From: an uncultured Bifidobacteriaceae bacterium
Lineage (GTDB): Bacteria > Actinomycetota > Actinomycetes > S36-B12
Reading direction: 5' to 3'
Assembly (NCBI GenBank): GCA_964597445.1
Contig: CAZQXO010000004.1
Location: 19,642-83,641 of the forward strand
DNA length: 64,000 bases
Shown: in pieces, positions 36,835 to 44,656 of the stretch
Position numbering within the stretch: position 1 is the first letter of the stretch
How the letters are laid out: every line of letters starts with the position of its first letter
Position numbers and translations under genes: made by a program
The notes under the pieces: generated by a model
What the model was told of the DNA's origin: nothing
The model's input: only the letters and a program-made list of their open reading frames with translations
The model's database searches: none

Positions 36835-37628
36835 CGCGACTTGATTCCGATCCAGACGGCCGCGGCGATGAGGGCCGCGAAGACTCCAACAACGAGGAAG
36901 ACACCCTCCGTGACGGGTCCGAAGCGCCCGAGATTCAGGCCGCCCTGGCTCGGGGCGTCCTGAAGGTCGACGATGTAGGCGATGATCGCCTGCTTGTCGC
37001 CGGTGGGGAGCTGCGAGTCCGCGAAGATCGGCATGTTCTGGGGCCCGGTCAGCATGGCCTCGTAGATGACCTGGGGCGTGGACTGCATCAGGTTCGGGGC
37101 GTACTTGCCCTGCGTCAGGGCTCCGCCCTGGCCTGCGGCCTGATGGCACTGAGCGCAGTTGATGCGGAAGAGCTGCCCACCGAAGGCGACGTCGGCGTCC
37201 GCGTAGTCGAGCTGCTGGGCGGTCGGAATGGCCGGCCCGGGCGCGAGGGAGGCGATGTAGGCCGACATGGCCGCGATGTCCTCGTCCGAGTAGATGTTCT
37301 TCTTGGCCGGGGCCTGGGCGCCGGGTGCGGCCAGCGGCATGCGGCCGGTGGAGACCTGGAAGTGGACGCCGGCAGCGCCGACCCCGATCAGGGTCGGTCC
37401 CACGCTGGTTCCCTGAGCCTGCAGGCCGTGGCAGGACGAGCATCCTTCGAGATAGAGCTGCTTGCCCTTCTCGACCTGGGTCTCGCTGCCCACGGCCATG
37501 GTGGCCTCCGCCGGCTGGACATTGCCGAGGGCGGCGTAGCCGCCGCCGACAACAGCCAGGGCGCCGATCAACAACGCGGATGCCACGAGCGGGCTGCGCC
37601 GCCGGGCGGCCAGGAACTTCACTGTCAC
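36831..37628 (-). CDS. qcrC: Cytochrome bc1 complex dihaem cytochrome c subunit
   Basis: Two CxxCH motifs (CSSCH, CAQCH) and a C-terminal TM anchor. Confidence 0.93.
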   Translation of the reverse strand: MTVKFLAARRRSPLVASALLIGALAVVGGGYAALGNVQPAEATMAVGSETQVEKGKQLYLEGCSSCHGLQAQGTSVGPTLIGVGAAGVHFQVSTGRMPLAAPGAQAPAKKNIYSDEDIAAMSAYIASLAPGPAIPTAQQLDYADADVAFGGQLFRINCAQCHQAAGQGGALTQGKYAPNLMQSTPQVIYEAMLTGPQNMPIFADSQLPTGDKQAIIAYIVDLQDAPSQGGLNLGRFGPVTEGVFLVVGVFAALIAAAVWIGIKSR

Positions 37629-37701
37629 CGAACCTCTCTGCCGGATCGTGTCGTGCTCGTCGTGCCAGTCGTGCTCGGAGTCCAGGGGCGGGCCCCGAGG
37701 C

Positions 37702-38367
37702 TCACCTGAGGACGTAGATCATGAAGAACAGGGCGATCCAGACCACGTCGACGAAGTGCCAGTAGTACGAGGTCACGATCGCGCGTGTCGCCTGGTCGTG
37801 GCTGAAGCGTTTGACGACGTACGTCGTCGCCAGGACGAACAGGAAGGCGATCAGGCCGCCGAGGACGTGGAGGCCGTGGAAGCCCGTCGTCAGGTAGAAG
37901 GCCGTGCCGTAGGCGTCGCTCGACAGGGTCAGACCCTTGTGGACGAGTTCGACGTACTCCGTGACCTGGCCGGCGATGAAGACCGCGCCCATGACAAAGG
38001 TGATGATGAACCAGCGCCGCAGCCCCTTGACGTCCCCGCGCTCGGCGGCGAACACGCCGAGCTGGCAGGTCACCGAGGACAGAACGAGAATCGTCGTGTT
38101 GATGCTGGCGAACGGGATGTTGAGGAGTTCCGTCTGCGTCGCCCATACATCGGGGTTGACGGCTCGGAGCGTGAAGTACATCGCGAACAGGGCCGCGAAG
38201 AACATGAGCTCGCTGGAGAGCCACACGATCGTCCCGATCGCCACCATGTTGGGGCGGTTGGCCGGGGCGTGGGCGTATGCCTGAGGGATCTGTGTTGCTT
38301 GGGCCACAAGGGGAGTCTGGCAGATGGGCATGCCCTCCGCTCCCGGACCCCCCGAGGGATCGGTCAC
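37702..38367 (-). CDS. ctaE: Cytochrome c oxidase subunit III
   Basis: [25 protein letters not shown] and the HGLHV motif. The start is uncertain (38367, or ATG 38331). Confidence 0.9.
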   Translation of the reverse strand: MTDPSGGPGAEGMPICQTPLVAQATQIPQAYAHAPANRPNMVAIGTIVWLSSELMFFAALFAMYFTLRAVNPDVWATQTELLNIPFASINTTILVLSSVTCQLGVFAAERGDVKGLRRWFIITFVMGAVFIAGQVTEYVELVHKGLTLSSDAYGTAFYLTTGFHGLHVLGGLIAFLFVLATTYVVKRFSHDQATRAIVTSYYWHFVDVVWIALFFMIYVLR

Positions 38368-38405
38368 ATTCGCCCCGAGATGCTGCCCCGACTAGAGTGA
38401 GGGCC

Positions 38406-38936
38406 GTGCACAGCGCTGACGAGAGAGCCGAAGCGGCCGCGGCTGAGGCCCGGATCCGAGCCTTCGAGGCCTCCGCGAATACGGCTCTGGAGCTCGAGGG
38501 CGACACCCATGGTGAGGGCCATGAGTCCGACCCGGAGCCGACCGTGCGGGTCCTCGTCTACAGCGACGACCGCATCGTCCGCCGTCAGGTGATGACCGCT
38601 CTGGGCCGACGCCCGGCGGCCGATCTCCCGGCCCTGGAGTACGTCGAGGTCGCCACCCCGGCCATGGCCATCTCCATCGTCGATGCCGGCGGCCTGGACC
38701 TGCTGATCCTCGACGGCGAGGCTGTCCCGGTCGGGGGCATGGGCCTGTGTCGCCAGTTGAAGGACGAGATCTACCACTGCCCTCCCATCCTCCTGCTCGT
38801 CGGGCGCCCCCAGGACGCATGGCTGGCCACGTGGTCGCGCGCGGACGGCGTCACGTCCCACCCGCTGGATGCCATCGCGCTCGCCCGTTCGGTGACGACC
38901 CTCCTGCGGGCTCGCCAGACCGTCGCGACCTCCTGA
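38406..38936 (+). CDS. Orphan receiver-like (CheY-fold) protein with atypical active site
   Basis: ORF 38277..38936 trimmed to GTG 38406 (GAGGG SD). RVLVYSDD, then LLILDGE (candidate phospho-Asp), then LLLVG (no Thr/Ser), then SHPLD where KP is expected. No output domain. Confidence 0.6.
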   Translation: MHSADERAEAAAAEARIRAFEASANTALELEGDTHGEGHESDPEPTVRVLVYSDDRIVRRQVMTALGRRPAADLPALEYVEVATPAMAISIVDAGGLDLLILDGEAVPVGGMGLCRQLKDEIYHCPPILLLVGRPQDAWLATWSRADGVTSHPLDAIALARSVTTLLRARQTVATS

Positions 38937-38964
38937 CCGCCCGCCCTCCCGGCCGATCGATCCC

Positions 38965-40062
38965 GTGGACGTGCTCTCGTGGCCTGAGATCCTCGGGTCG
39001 CTGTCTCGCGGGCGGAATCTGACTCCGGACCAGGCCCGCTGGGCGATGGACCAGATGCTCACCGGACAGGCGACTGCCGCCCAGTTCGGCGCCTTCGTGC
39101 TGGGCCTCCGAGCCAAGGGTGAGACGGGTGCGGAGGTCGAGGCGCTCGTCGAGGCCATGCTGGGGCAGGCCCGGCTCCTCGACTTCGGCCCGGAGGGTGC
39201 CCCCGCGTCGCTCGACATCGTCGGGACGGGTGGCGATCACGCGCACACGGTGAACATCTCCACCATGGCGGCGCTGGTGTGCGCTGCGGCCGGGGCGCCG
39301 CTCGTCAAGCATGGCAACCGTGCGGCGTCGTCGTCGACGGGAACCGCCGACGTGCTCGAGCAGCTCGAGGTGGTCATCGACCTCGAGCCCGAGCAGGTCG
39401 TGGCCAGCGTGCGGGAGGCAGGCATCGGGTTCTGCTTCGCCCAGGTGCACCATCCGGCCCTGCGGCATGTGGGGCCGTGGCGCCGGGAGCTCGGTGTGCC
39501 CACGGTGTTCAACATCCTCGGCCCCCTGACGAATCCGGGTGCCGCGCCCGCGGCCCTGATCGGTTGCGCGAACGAGGCGCTCGCTCCGGTCATGGCCGAC
39601 GTTCTGCATCGCCGCGGGGTGCGTGCCCTGGTCGTCCGCGGTGAGGATGGACTCGACGAGATCTCGCTGGCTGCGCCGACCCGGGTCTGGGATGCGACGG
39701 GAGACGAGGTGGTGGAGACGTGGCTGGATGCGTCGGATCTGGGATTCGCGCGTCGCGAGCCGAGCCTGCTGACCGGCGGCGACAGCGCCCGCAACGCCGC
39801 CCTGCTGGTCGCAGCCCTGGGCGCGGACGCGCCTGAGGCGTCAGATGCCGACCGCATCGACGCCATCCGGGATGCCGTCGCCGTGAATGCTGCGGCCGCC
39901 CTCGCTGCGCATGCCGCCCTGGACCCCGGGATGCGAACGTCGGCCAACCTTGTCGAGCGGGTGCGGGAGCAGGTGCCGCGAGTTCGCACGGTGCTGTCCG
40001 AGGGAACGGCGCTCGCCGCGCTGCGCAGGTGGGCCGAGGTGACCCGGGGCCTGACGGGTTGA
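38965..40062 (+). CDS. trpD: Anthranilate phosphoribosyltransferase
   Basis: GTG start. Motifs DIVGTGGD, HGNRAASS and GPLTNP. Confidence 0.93.
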   Translation: MDVLSWPEILGSLSRGRNLTPDQARWAMDQMLTGQATAAQFGAFVLGLRAKGETGAEVEALVEAMLGQARLLDFGPEGAPASLDIVGTGGDHAHTVNISTMAALVCAAAGAPLVKHGNRAASSSTGTADVLEQLEVVIDLEPEQVVASVREAGIGFCFAQVHHPALRHVGPWRRELGVPTVFNILGPLTNPGAAPAALIGCANEALAPVMADVLHRRGVRALVVRGEDGLDEISLAAPTRVWDATGDEVVETWLDASDLGFARREPSLLTGGDSARNAALLVAALGADAPEASDADRIDAIRDAVAVNAAAALAAHAALDPGMRTSANLVERVREQVPRVRTVLSEGTALAALRRWAEVTRGLTG

Positions 40063-40080
40063 GGGTGCGGTCGTGGAGCG

Positions 40081-41901
40081 TCAGGCGGAGCGGATCCGCG
40101 TGACGGAGGTGACCCGGGGCCCCTCAGGTCGGGACCCACGCCCCTGCTCCGCTCGCAGGTGCGGCGGCAGCGCCGGGGTCGCGTGCTTGCGGCGTTCGCG
40201 CAGGTCCGCAGCCTCGCGGCCGCCGGCATGACAGGGCAGCGCGAGTGCGGTTGTCGTGCGGACGAGGCGGACGGATCCGGACTCGAGCCACCGCAGGATC
40301 TCGATGGCCTCCTCGGTGAGGCCGGCCGGTGCCGGAGACGTGGCGGGGTCGACATGGTCGGCCTGTGCGACGAGGGCGTCGACTCGGGCACGGGGATCGG
40401 ACCCCGCAGCCGCGTGTCCCGCGGCTGCCAGGTGACCGTGGCGGATCACATGGATGTCCCAGCCGAGGTCGTCGGTCGGCTCAGCTGCGACGAGCAGCGG
40501 CTCACGCGCCAGCATGGCCATGCGGTGCGTGCGATGGCTCGCGCGGCACACGGCGTCGAGACGCTCGCGCCACTGGGCCGCCTCCTCGAACCGCTGGTCG
40601 TCGGCCAGCCGGGACATCCGGTCGCGTACGGCTGCGATGACGGTGCGCAGGTCTCCGGACATGGCTGCACGCAGGCCGTCGACGCGTGACCCGTATCCGG
40701 CCGCATCATGACCGGAGGCGCAGGGAGCCAGGCATCGACCCAACTCGGCGAGCGAGCACCCCGGGGTGGACGTCGTCGGTGTCCGGGGCAGGCGCGGTGT
40801 GCAGGTGCGCACGGGATACGCGAGCAGCAGGGCCTCGATCGCGGCCTCGGCCGACGCGCGCGCGGTGAACGGCCCCAGGTAGCGGGCGCCCGCCGGCTCA
40901 TCATCGGCCACGGTGCGCACGACGGACAGTCGCGGTGCCGGCTCGACGGTGAGCTTGACCCACGACTGGCGATCCGGGCGCCGCGATCGGCGGTTGTAGC
41001 GGGGCTGACGCTCGGCGATGAGACGCAGTTCGCGCACGCGGGCCTCGAGCGGGGTGGCGCACACGATGGGCGTGACGCGCGTGGCGATGCCCACCATCTC
41101 GGCCATGCGCCGGCGCTGCTCCGACGCCGTGAAGTACGAGCGCACGCGGGTGCGGATGTTGCGGGAGGTCCCGACATAGAGCGAGGCTCCCTGGGCGTCC
41201 TCGAACACGTAGACGCCCGGGGCGCTGGGGAGACCGTCGGCGAGATGGCGCTTCGCCCGCTGCGTCGGGGTGACGCGGGATGTGAACTCCTGCAGATCCT
41301 CGACGGTCGCGACGCCGAAGCCGGAGACGCGTTCGAGGAGACCGTGGAGGACGTCGACGGTCGCGCGTGCGTCATCGAGGGCGCGGTGCGTGGGCGTCAC
41401 CGTGGCGCGGAAGTAGGCGGCCAGTGTGCCGAGCTTGCAGTTGCGCACCTCGCCACGATGCAGCGCCACGCGCGCGAGGCGTGCGGTGTCGATGATGCGC
41501 ACGCGCGGCCACGGAAGGGAGAGGCGGGCGCATCCTCCCTTGAGGAATCCCACGTCGTACGGGGCGTTGTGCGCGACGAGCACGCCATCGCCGAGGAACT
41601 CGAGGAAGGACGGGAGGACGCCGGACAGTCGAGGCGCATTCGCGACGGCGGCATCGGTGATGCCGGTGAGTGCGGCGACGAACGGAGGAATGGGAACACC
41701 GGGATTCACCAGCGTCGCGAACTCGCCGAGCACCTGACCGCCGCGCACGGCCACGGCACCGATCTCGGTGATGCCCGCGTCCGCGGGAGAGCCCCCGGTG
41801 GTCTCGAGGTCGACGATGACGAAGGTCACGTCGGAGAGCGGTGTTCCGAGGTCATCGAGACTGGTCTGCACGCTCGGCGGCGGACCGGTCAGGGACGTCA
41901 T
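40081..41901 (-). CDS. DEDD (DnaQ-like) 3'-5' exonuclease fused to a GIY-YIG/UvrC-like domain (Rv2191-like)
   Basis: ORF 40081..43107 trimmed to ATG 41901 (MTSLTGPPPS). Exo motifs VIVDLETTG, HNAPYD and HRALDDA, followed by GVYVFED...LYVGTSRNIRTRVRSYF. Confidence 0.88.
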   Translation of the reverse strand: MTSLTGPPPSVQTSLDDLGTPLSDVTFVIVDLETTGGSPADAGITEIGAVAVRGGQVLGEFATLVNPGVPIPPFVAALTGITDAAVANAPRLSGVLPSFLEFLGDGVLVAHNAPYDVGFLKGGCARLSLPWPRVRIIDTARLARVALHRGEVRNCKLGTLAAYFRATVTPTHRALDDARATVDVLHGLLERVSGFGVATVEDLQEFTSRVTPTQRAKRHLADGLPSAPGVYVFEDAQGASLYVGTSRNIRTRVRSYFTASEQRRRMAEMVGIATRVTPIVCATPLEARVRELRLIAERQPRYNRRSRRPDRQSWVKLTVEPAPRLSVVRTVADDEPAGARYLGPFTARASAEAAIEALLLAYPVRTCTPRLPRTPTTSTPGCSLAELGRCLAPCASGHDAAGYGSRVDGLRAAMSGDLRTVIAAVRDRMSRLADDQRFEEAAQWRERLDAVCRASHRTHRMAMLAREPLLVAAEPTDDLGWDIHVIRHGHLAAAGHAAAGSDPRARVDALVAQADHVDPATSPAPAGLTEEAIEILRWLESGSVRLVRTTTALALPCHAGGREAADLRERRKHATPALPPHLRAEQGRGSRPEGPRVTSVTRIRSA

Positions 41902-41956
41902 GATCCCGACCGTAGGCGCACCGTGTGACAGGGCGTGGCATCGGTAGGCTCGTGGC

Positions 41957-42235
41957 GTGGCCGATTCCCCTGTGATCCCCGACGAGCGCTCGCGCTGGCG
42001 ATGCGCGCACTGCGGCAACCTCACGCGCTTCGATGTGGTGCGGTCCTCCCGGGTCCGCGAGTTCTGGCACCTCGACATGGCCGGTGTGCCTGTGGTCGAG
42101 GAGACAGAGGTGCTGGCGGAGACCATCGAGAGCGTGACGTGCCGGTGGTGCGGTTCCGCGGATCGGGTCGAGGTGGTGGCGCGGCCGGAGTTCGGCGGGC
42201 CGGCGGACGAGGGGCCGGGTGACGGAGGCCCGTGA
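41957..42235 (+). CDS. Small zinc-ribbon protein (two CxxC pairs)
   Basis: GTG start. CAHCG and CRWCG pairs, high GC3, divergent from the nuclease gene. Confidence 0.6.
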   Translation: MADSPVIPDERSRWRCAHCGNLTRFDVVRSSRVREFWHLDMAGVPVVEETEVLAETIESVTCRWCGSADRVEVVARPEFGGPADEGPGDGGP

Positions 42236-42296
42236 CGGGGTGCGAGGGGCCGGGTGACGGAGGCCCGTGACGGGGTGCGAGGGGCCGGGTGACGGG
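42209..42296. repeat. Perfect 35-bp tandem duplication (2.5 copies) spanning the stop of one gene and the start of the next
   Basis: gaggggccgggtgacggaggcccgtgacggggtgc occurs at 42209-42243 and identically at 42244-42278, with a 17-nt partial third copy. Confidence 0.95.
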
Positions 42297-43143
42297 GGTC
42301 CCTGACCTTCAGGCGGACGTCGACCGGGTTCTGCTCCAGTGCCCGGGGGTGGCGTGGTCCGTGCAGGTCCGGCATCGGGGCGAGATCGTCGTGGACATCG
42401 ACTCCGGGCGCGTGCGCCCCACGGCCAGCATGGGCAAGGTCGTCGTCCTGTGGGCGGCGGCTCAGGCGCTCGTCTCGGGAGAGCGGGCCGCGGACGAGCC
42501 CGTGACGGTCCGGCCCGGGGATCTCGTGGCGGATTCCGGGCTCTGGCAGCACCTCACGGAACGGACCCTGAGCTGGACCTCCGCCTGCGTCCTGGTCGGA
42601 GCGGTCAGCGACAACACGGCGGCGAACGTTCTGATCCGCGAGCTGGGGCTCGATCGGCTCAGGAGGGTGTCGGAGGACCTCGGTGTCCCGGAGACCCGGC
42701 AGGTCGACGTGCTGCGCGATCGTCGGGGACCGCAGCATCCGGCCGCGCCGTCGTGGTCCCGCGCGCGGGATCTCGCGGACCTCATGGACCGACTGGCCCG
42801 GGCCGACGACGACGCGCCTGTCGAGACGCTGGTGCGCGGCTGGCTGGCGCTCGGCGCGGACCTCTCGATGGTGGCATCCGCCTTCGATCTCGATCCTCTC
42901 GCCCACGATCGGCTTCCGGGCGGGGGCTTCCTGTTTCACAAGACGGGGACGGACGCCGGGATCCGCGCGGACGCCGGCGCCGTCGGGCGCTCGGGCGAGC
43001 GATGGTCCTATGGGGTGCTCGCCACGTGGGATCCGCAGGACGGGTCCCGGGTCCCTGCGGTGCTCGCGGCCATGCGCGGGATCGGCCGGGCCGTCGCTCA
43101 GCGGCATCCGCTGTCAGACCCCCCGCCTAGCGTCGAAGCATGA
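42289..43143 (+). CDS. Class-A beta-lactamase-like serine hydrolase
   Basis: SxxK (SMGK), SDN (VSDNTAAN) and KTG (HKTGTD) motifs in the canonical order. The GTG start lies inside the tandem repeat, so the start is uncertain. Confidence 0.75.
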   Translation: MTGVPDLQADVDRVLLQCPGVAWSVQVRHRGEIVVDIDSGRVRPTASMGKVVVLWAAAQALVSGERAADEPVTVRPGDLVADSGLWQHLTERTLSWTSACVLVGAVSDNTAANVLIRELGLDRLRRVSEDLGVPETRQVDVLRDRRGPQHPAAPSWSRARDLADLMDRLARADDDAPVETLVRGWLALGADLSMVASAFDLDPLAHDRLPGGGFLFHKTGTDAGIRADAGAVGRSGERWSYGVLATWDPQDGSRVPAVLAAMRGIGRAVAQRHPLSDPPPSVEA

Positions 43144-43337
43144 TCATCGACTGTGGAACCTGCTCGGTCGCCGGTGCTGCCTGTGACGACTGCGTCGTGA
43201 CCGTCCTGCTCGGGGTTCCGGACGTGCCGGCGCGCTCCACCGACCTGCCTGACGACCATGCTGCCGCCCTCGCCGTCCTGGCGGACTCCGGCCTGGTGCC
43301 CCCGCTGCGCCTCGTGCGGGATGTCCGCGCCAGTTGA
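43140..43337 (+). CDS. Four-cysteine miniprotein (65 aa), hypothetical
   Basis: MIIDCGTCSVAGAACDDCVV (CxxC-x6-CxxC). ATGA overlap with the upstream stop. High GC3. Confidence 0.5.
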   Translation: MIIDCGTCSVAGAACDDCVVTVLLGVPDVPARSTDLPDDHAAALAVLADSGLVPPLRLVRDVRAS

Positions 43338-43506
43338 TCGCGGGGGATTCCGAGGAGACATCCGTTAATCGGACGAATATGGGCCTCTGTCACCGTTCTG
43401 TTATGTTGCGAAAGACCTGAGGTCGCCTAGGCGGCCGCTCGGGCCTGCACAGCAGGAGCCCATCGACGAAGCGTGGTCTCGGCCACGCCCCGCCTGAGGA
43501 GGCGAT

Positions 43507-44583
43507 GTGCGCACGACTCGTCCGCAGTGGGTCCGTCGGACCGCCGTGATCTCGCTCTCCGCCCTCATGCTCGTCACCGGAGCCGTCCTCGCCCCGCCCG
43601 CCACCGCCGCGCCCCGCGACCTCCAGCAGGTCCGAGACCAGGTGCGCACCCTCCAGGCCCGCGCCGAGGCTGCGACGGAGCGCTACAACAAGGCGCGCAA
43701 CGAGCTCAATGACGTCCAGGCCACTCTCGAGGGCCTGAAGAAGAAGGTCCGTCGCGAGCGTGCCGAACTGCAGACCATCCTCAGCTCGGTCGATGACCTC
43801 GCGCGGTCGGCCTACACCAGCGGGGGCATCGACACCTCGCTGCAGGTCCTCCTGGCCGAGGACCCCACCGAGTTCCTCGCTCAGGCGGCGGCTCTGGACC
43901 AGGTGGCGAAGTCGCAGGCCTCCTCGCTGCGTCGCACGCAGACGGCACGCCTCCGACTCGCGCAGAGCGAGGCCGCAGTCATCGACAAGGAAGCCATCGC
44001 CCGGGGCTACCGCAACGAGATGTCGGCGGCGAAGAAGGAGGCGGACGACCGTCTCAGTGAGGCCGAGTCCGTCCTGGCCAACCTCGAGGCATCCGAGCGC
44101 CGGCGTCTCGCGGCCATCGCCGCCCAGGAGCGGCGTGCCTCGCTCGCGGCCGCCAGTGCTGCCCGCTCGTTCCTCAGCGGCTCGTCGACCGCCGGCGGCG
44201 GTGTGCCGCCGGTCAGCGGCCGCGCCGCTGCCGCCGTGCAGTACGCCCTGTCCAAGGTCGGCAACCGCTACGTGGCGGCCACGGCAGGCCCGAGCACCTT
44301 CGACTGCTCGGGCCTGACCATGACGGCCTGGCGACAGGCGGGCATCTCCCTGCCGCACTACTCGTACTCCCAGTGGAACAGCACGCGTCGCATCCCGCTG
44401 AGCGAGGCCCGTCCCGGAGACCTCGTGTTCTACTTCGGCGGCAACGTCCACCACGTGGGGATGTACATCGGCAACGGCAAGATGGTGCATGCGGCCAACC
44501 CGGGCGACGGAGTCCGCATCGACGCCGTGCTCGGTCCTTGGTACAACCGCTACTTCAGCGGTGTCGGTCGCGTGATCGGCTGA
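43507..44583 (+). CDS. NlpC/P60 (C40) peptidoglycan endopeptidase with N-terminal coiled coil (RipA-like)
   Basis: GTG start with GAGGAGG SD. Signal peptide and coiled coil. Catalytic FDCSGL and HHVGMYIG. Confidence 0.9.
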   Translation: MRTTRPQWVRRTAVISLSALMLVTGAVLAPPATAAPRDLQQVRDQVRTLQARAEAATERYNKARNELNDVQATLEGLKKKVRRERAELQTILSSVDDLARSAYTSGGIDTSLQVLLAEDPTEFLAQAAALDQVAKSQASSLRRTQTARLRLAQSEAAVIDKEAIARGYRNEMSAAKKEADDRLSEAESVLANLEASERRRLAAIAAQERRASLAAASAARSFLSGSSTAGGGVPPVSGRAAAAVQYALSKVGNRYVAATAGPSTFDCSGLTMTAWRQAGISLPHYSYSQWNSTRRIPLSEARPGDLVFYFGGNVHHVGMYIGNGKMVHAANPGDGVRIDAVLGPWYNRYFSGVGRVIG

Positions 44584-44602
44584 TCCTCACCGCACATTCG
44601 TC

Positions 44603-44649
44603 ACACGTGAAGCCCGTCACGGCCTAGCCGTGACGGGCTTCACGTGTGA
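44603..44649. terminator. Bidirectional terminator hairpin between convergent genes
   Basis: CACACGTGAAGCCCGTCACGGC-cta-GCCGTGACGGGCTTCACGTGTG, a 22-bp perfect stem. Confidence 0.8.
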
Positions 44650-44656
44650 CACTGCC

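Noticed and set aside
42209-42296. CRISPR-like appearance of short direct repeats (also 32995-33039, 11773-11797, and 50638-50661 agcgccgcgtga/agcgccgcgtag)
   Set aside because: The units are directly adjacent with no spacers, have 2-4 copies only, and there are no cas genes. They are simple tandem duplications, not CRISPR arrays.
41902-43107. N-terminal ~400-aa extension of the 1008-aa ORF 40081..43107
   Set aside because: The conserved DEDD exonuclease begins at MTSLTG (ATG 41901). The extension is low complexity and runs antisense through the zinc-ribbon and beta-lactamase-like genes. The same reasoning trimmed ORFs 2059..3288, 2985..3992, 3673..5412, 16964..18832, 35692..37443, 44657..46837, 51119..52156 and 53716..55347.
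43338-43506. Possible ydaO-type (cyclic-di-AMP) riboswitch in the 169-nt AT-richer leader of the NlpC/P60 gene
   Set aside because: The context is right, since such riboswitches often precede actinobacterial cell-wall hydrolase genes. However, I could find only weak fragments (GTTAATC, AGGAGCCCA) with wrong spacing, and not the paired GGGGA.CCA / GGGGTGAATCC / ACCCGA elements. A cmsearch with RF00379 would settle it. For now it is treated as a promoter/leader only.
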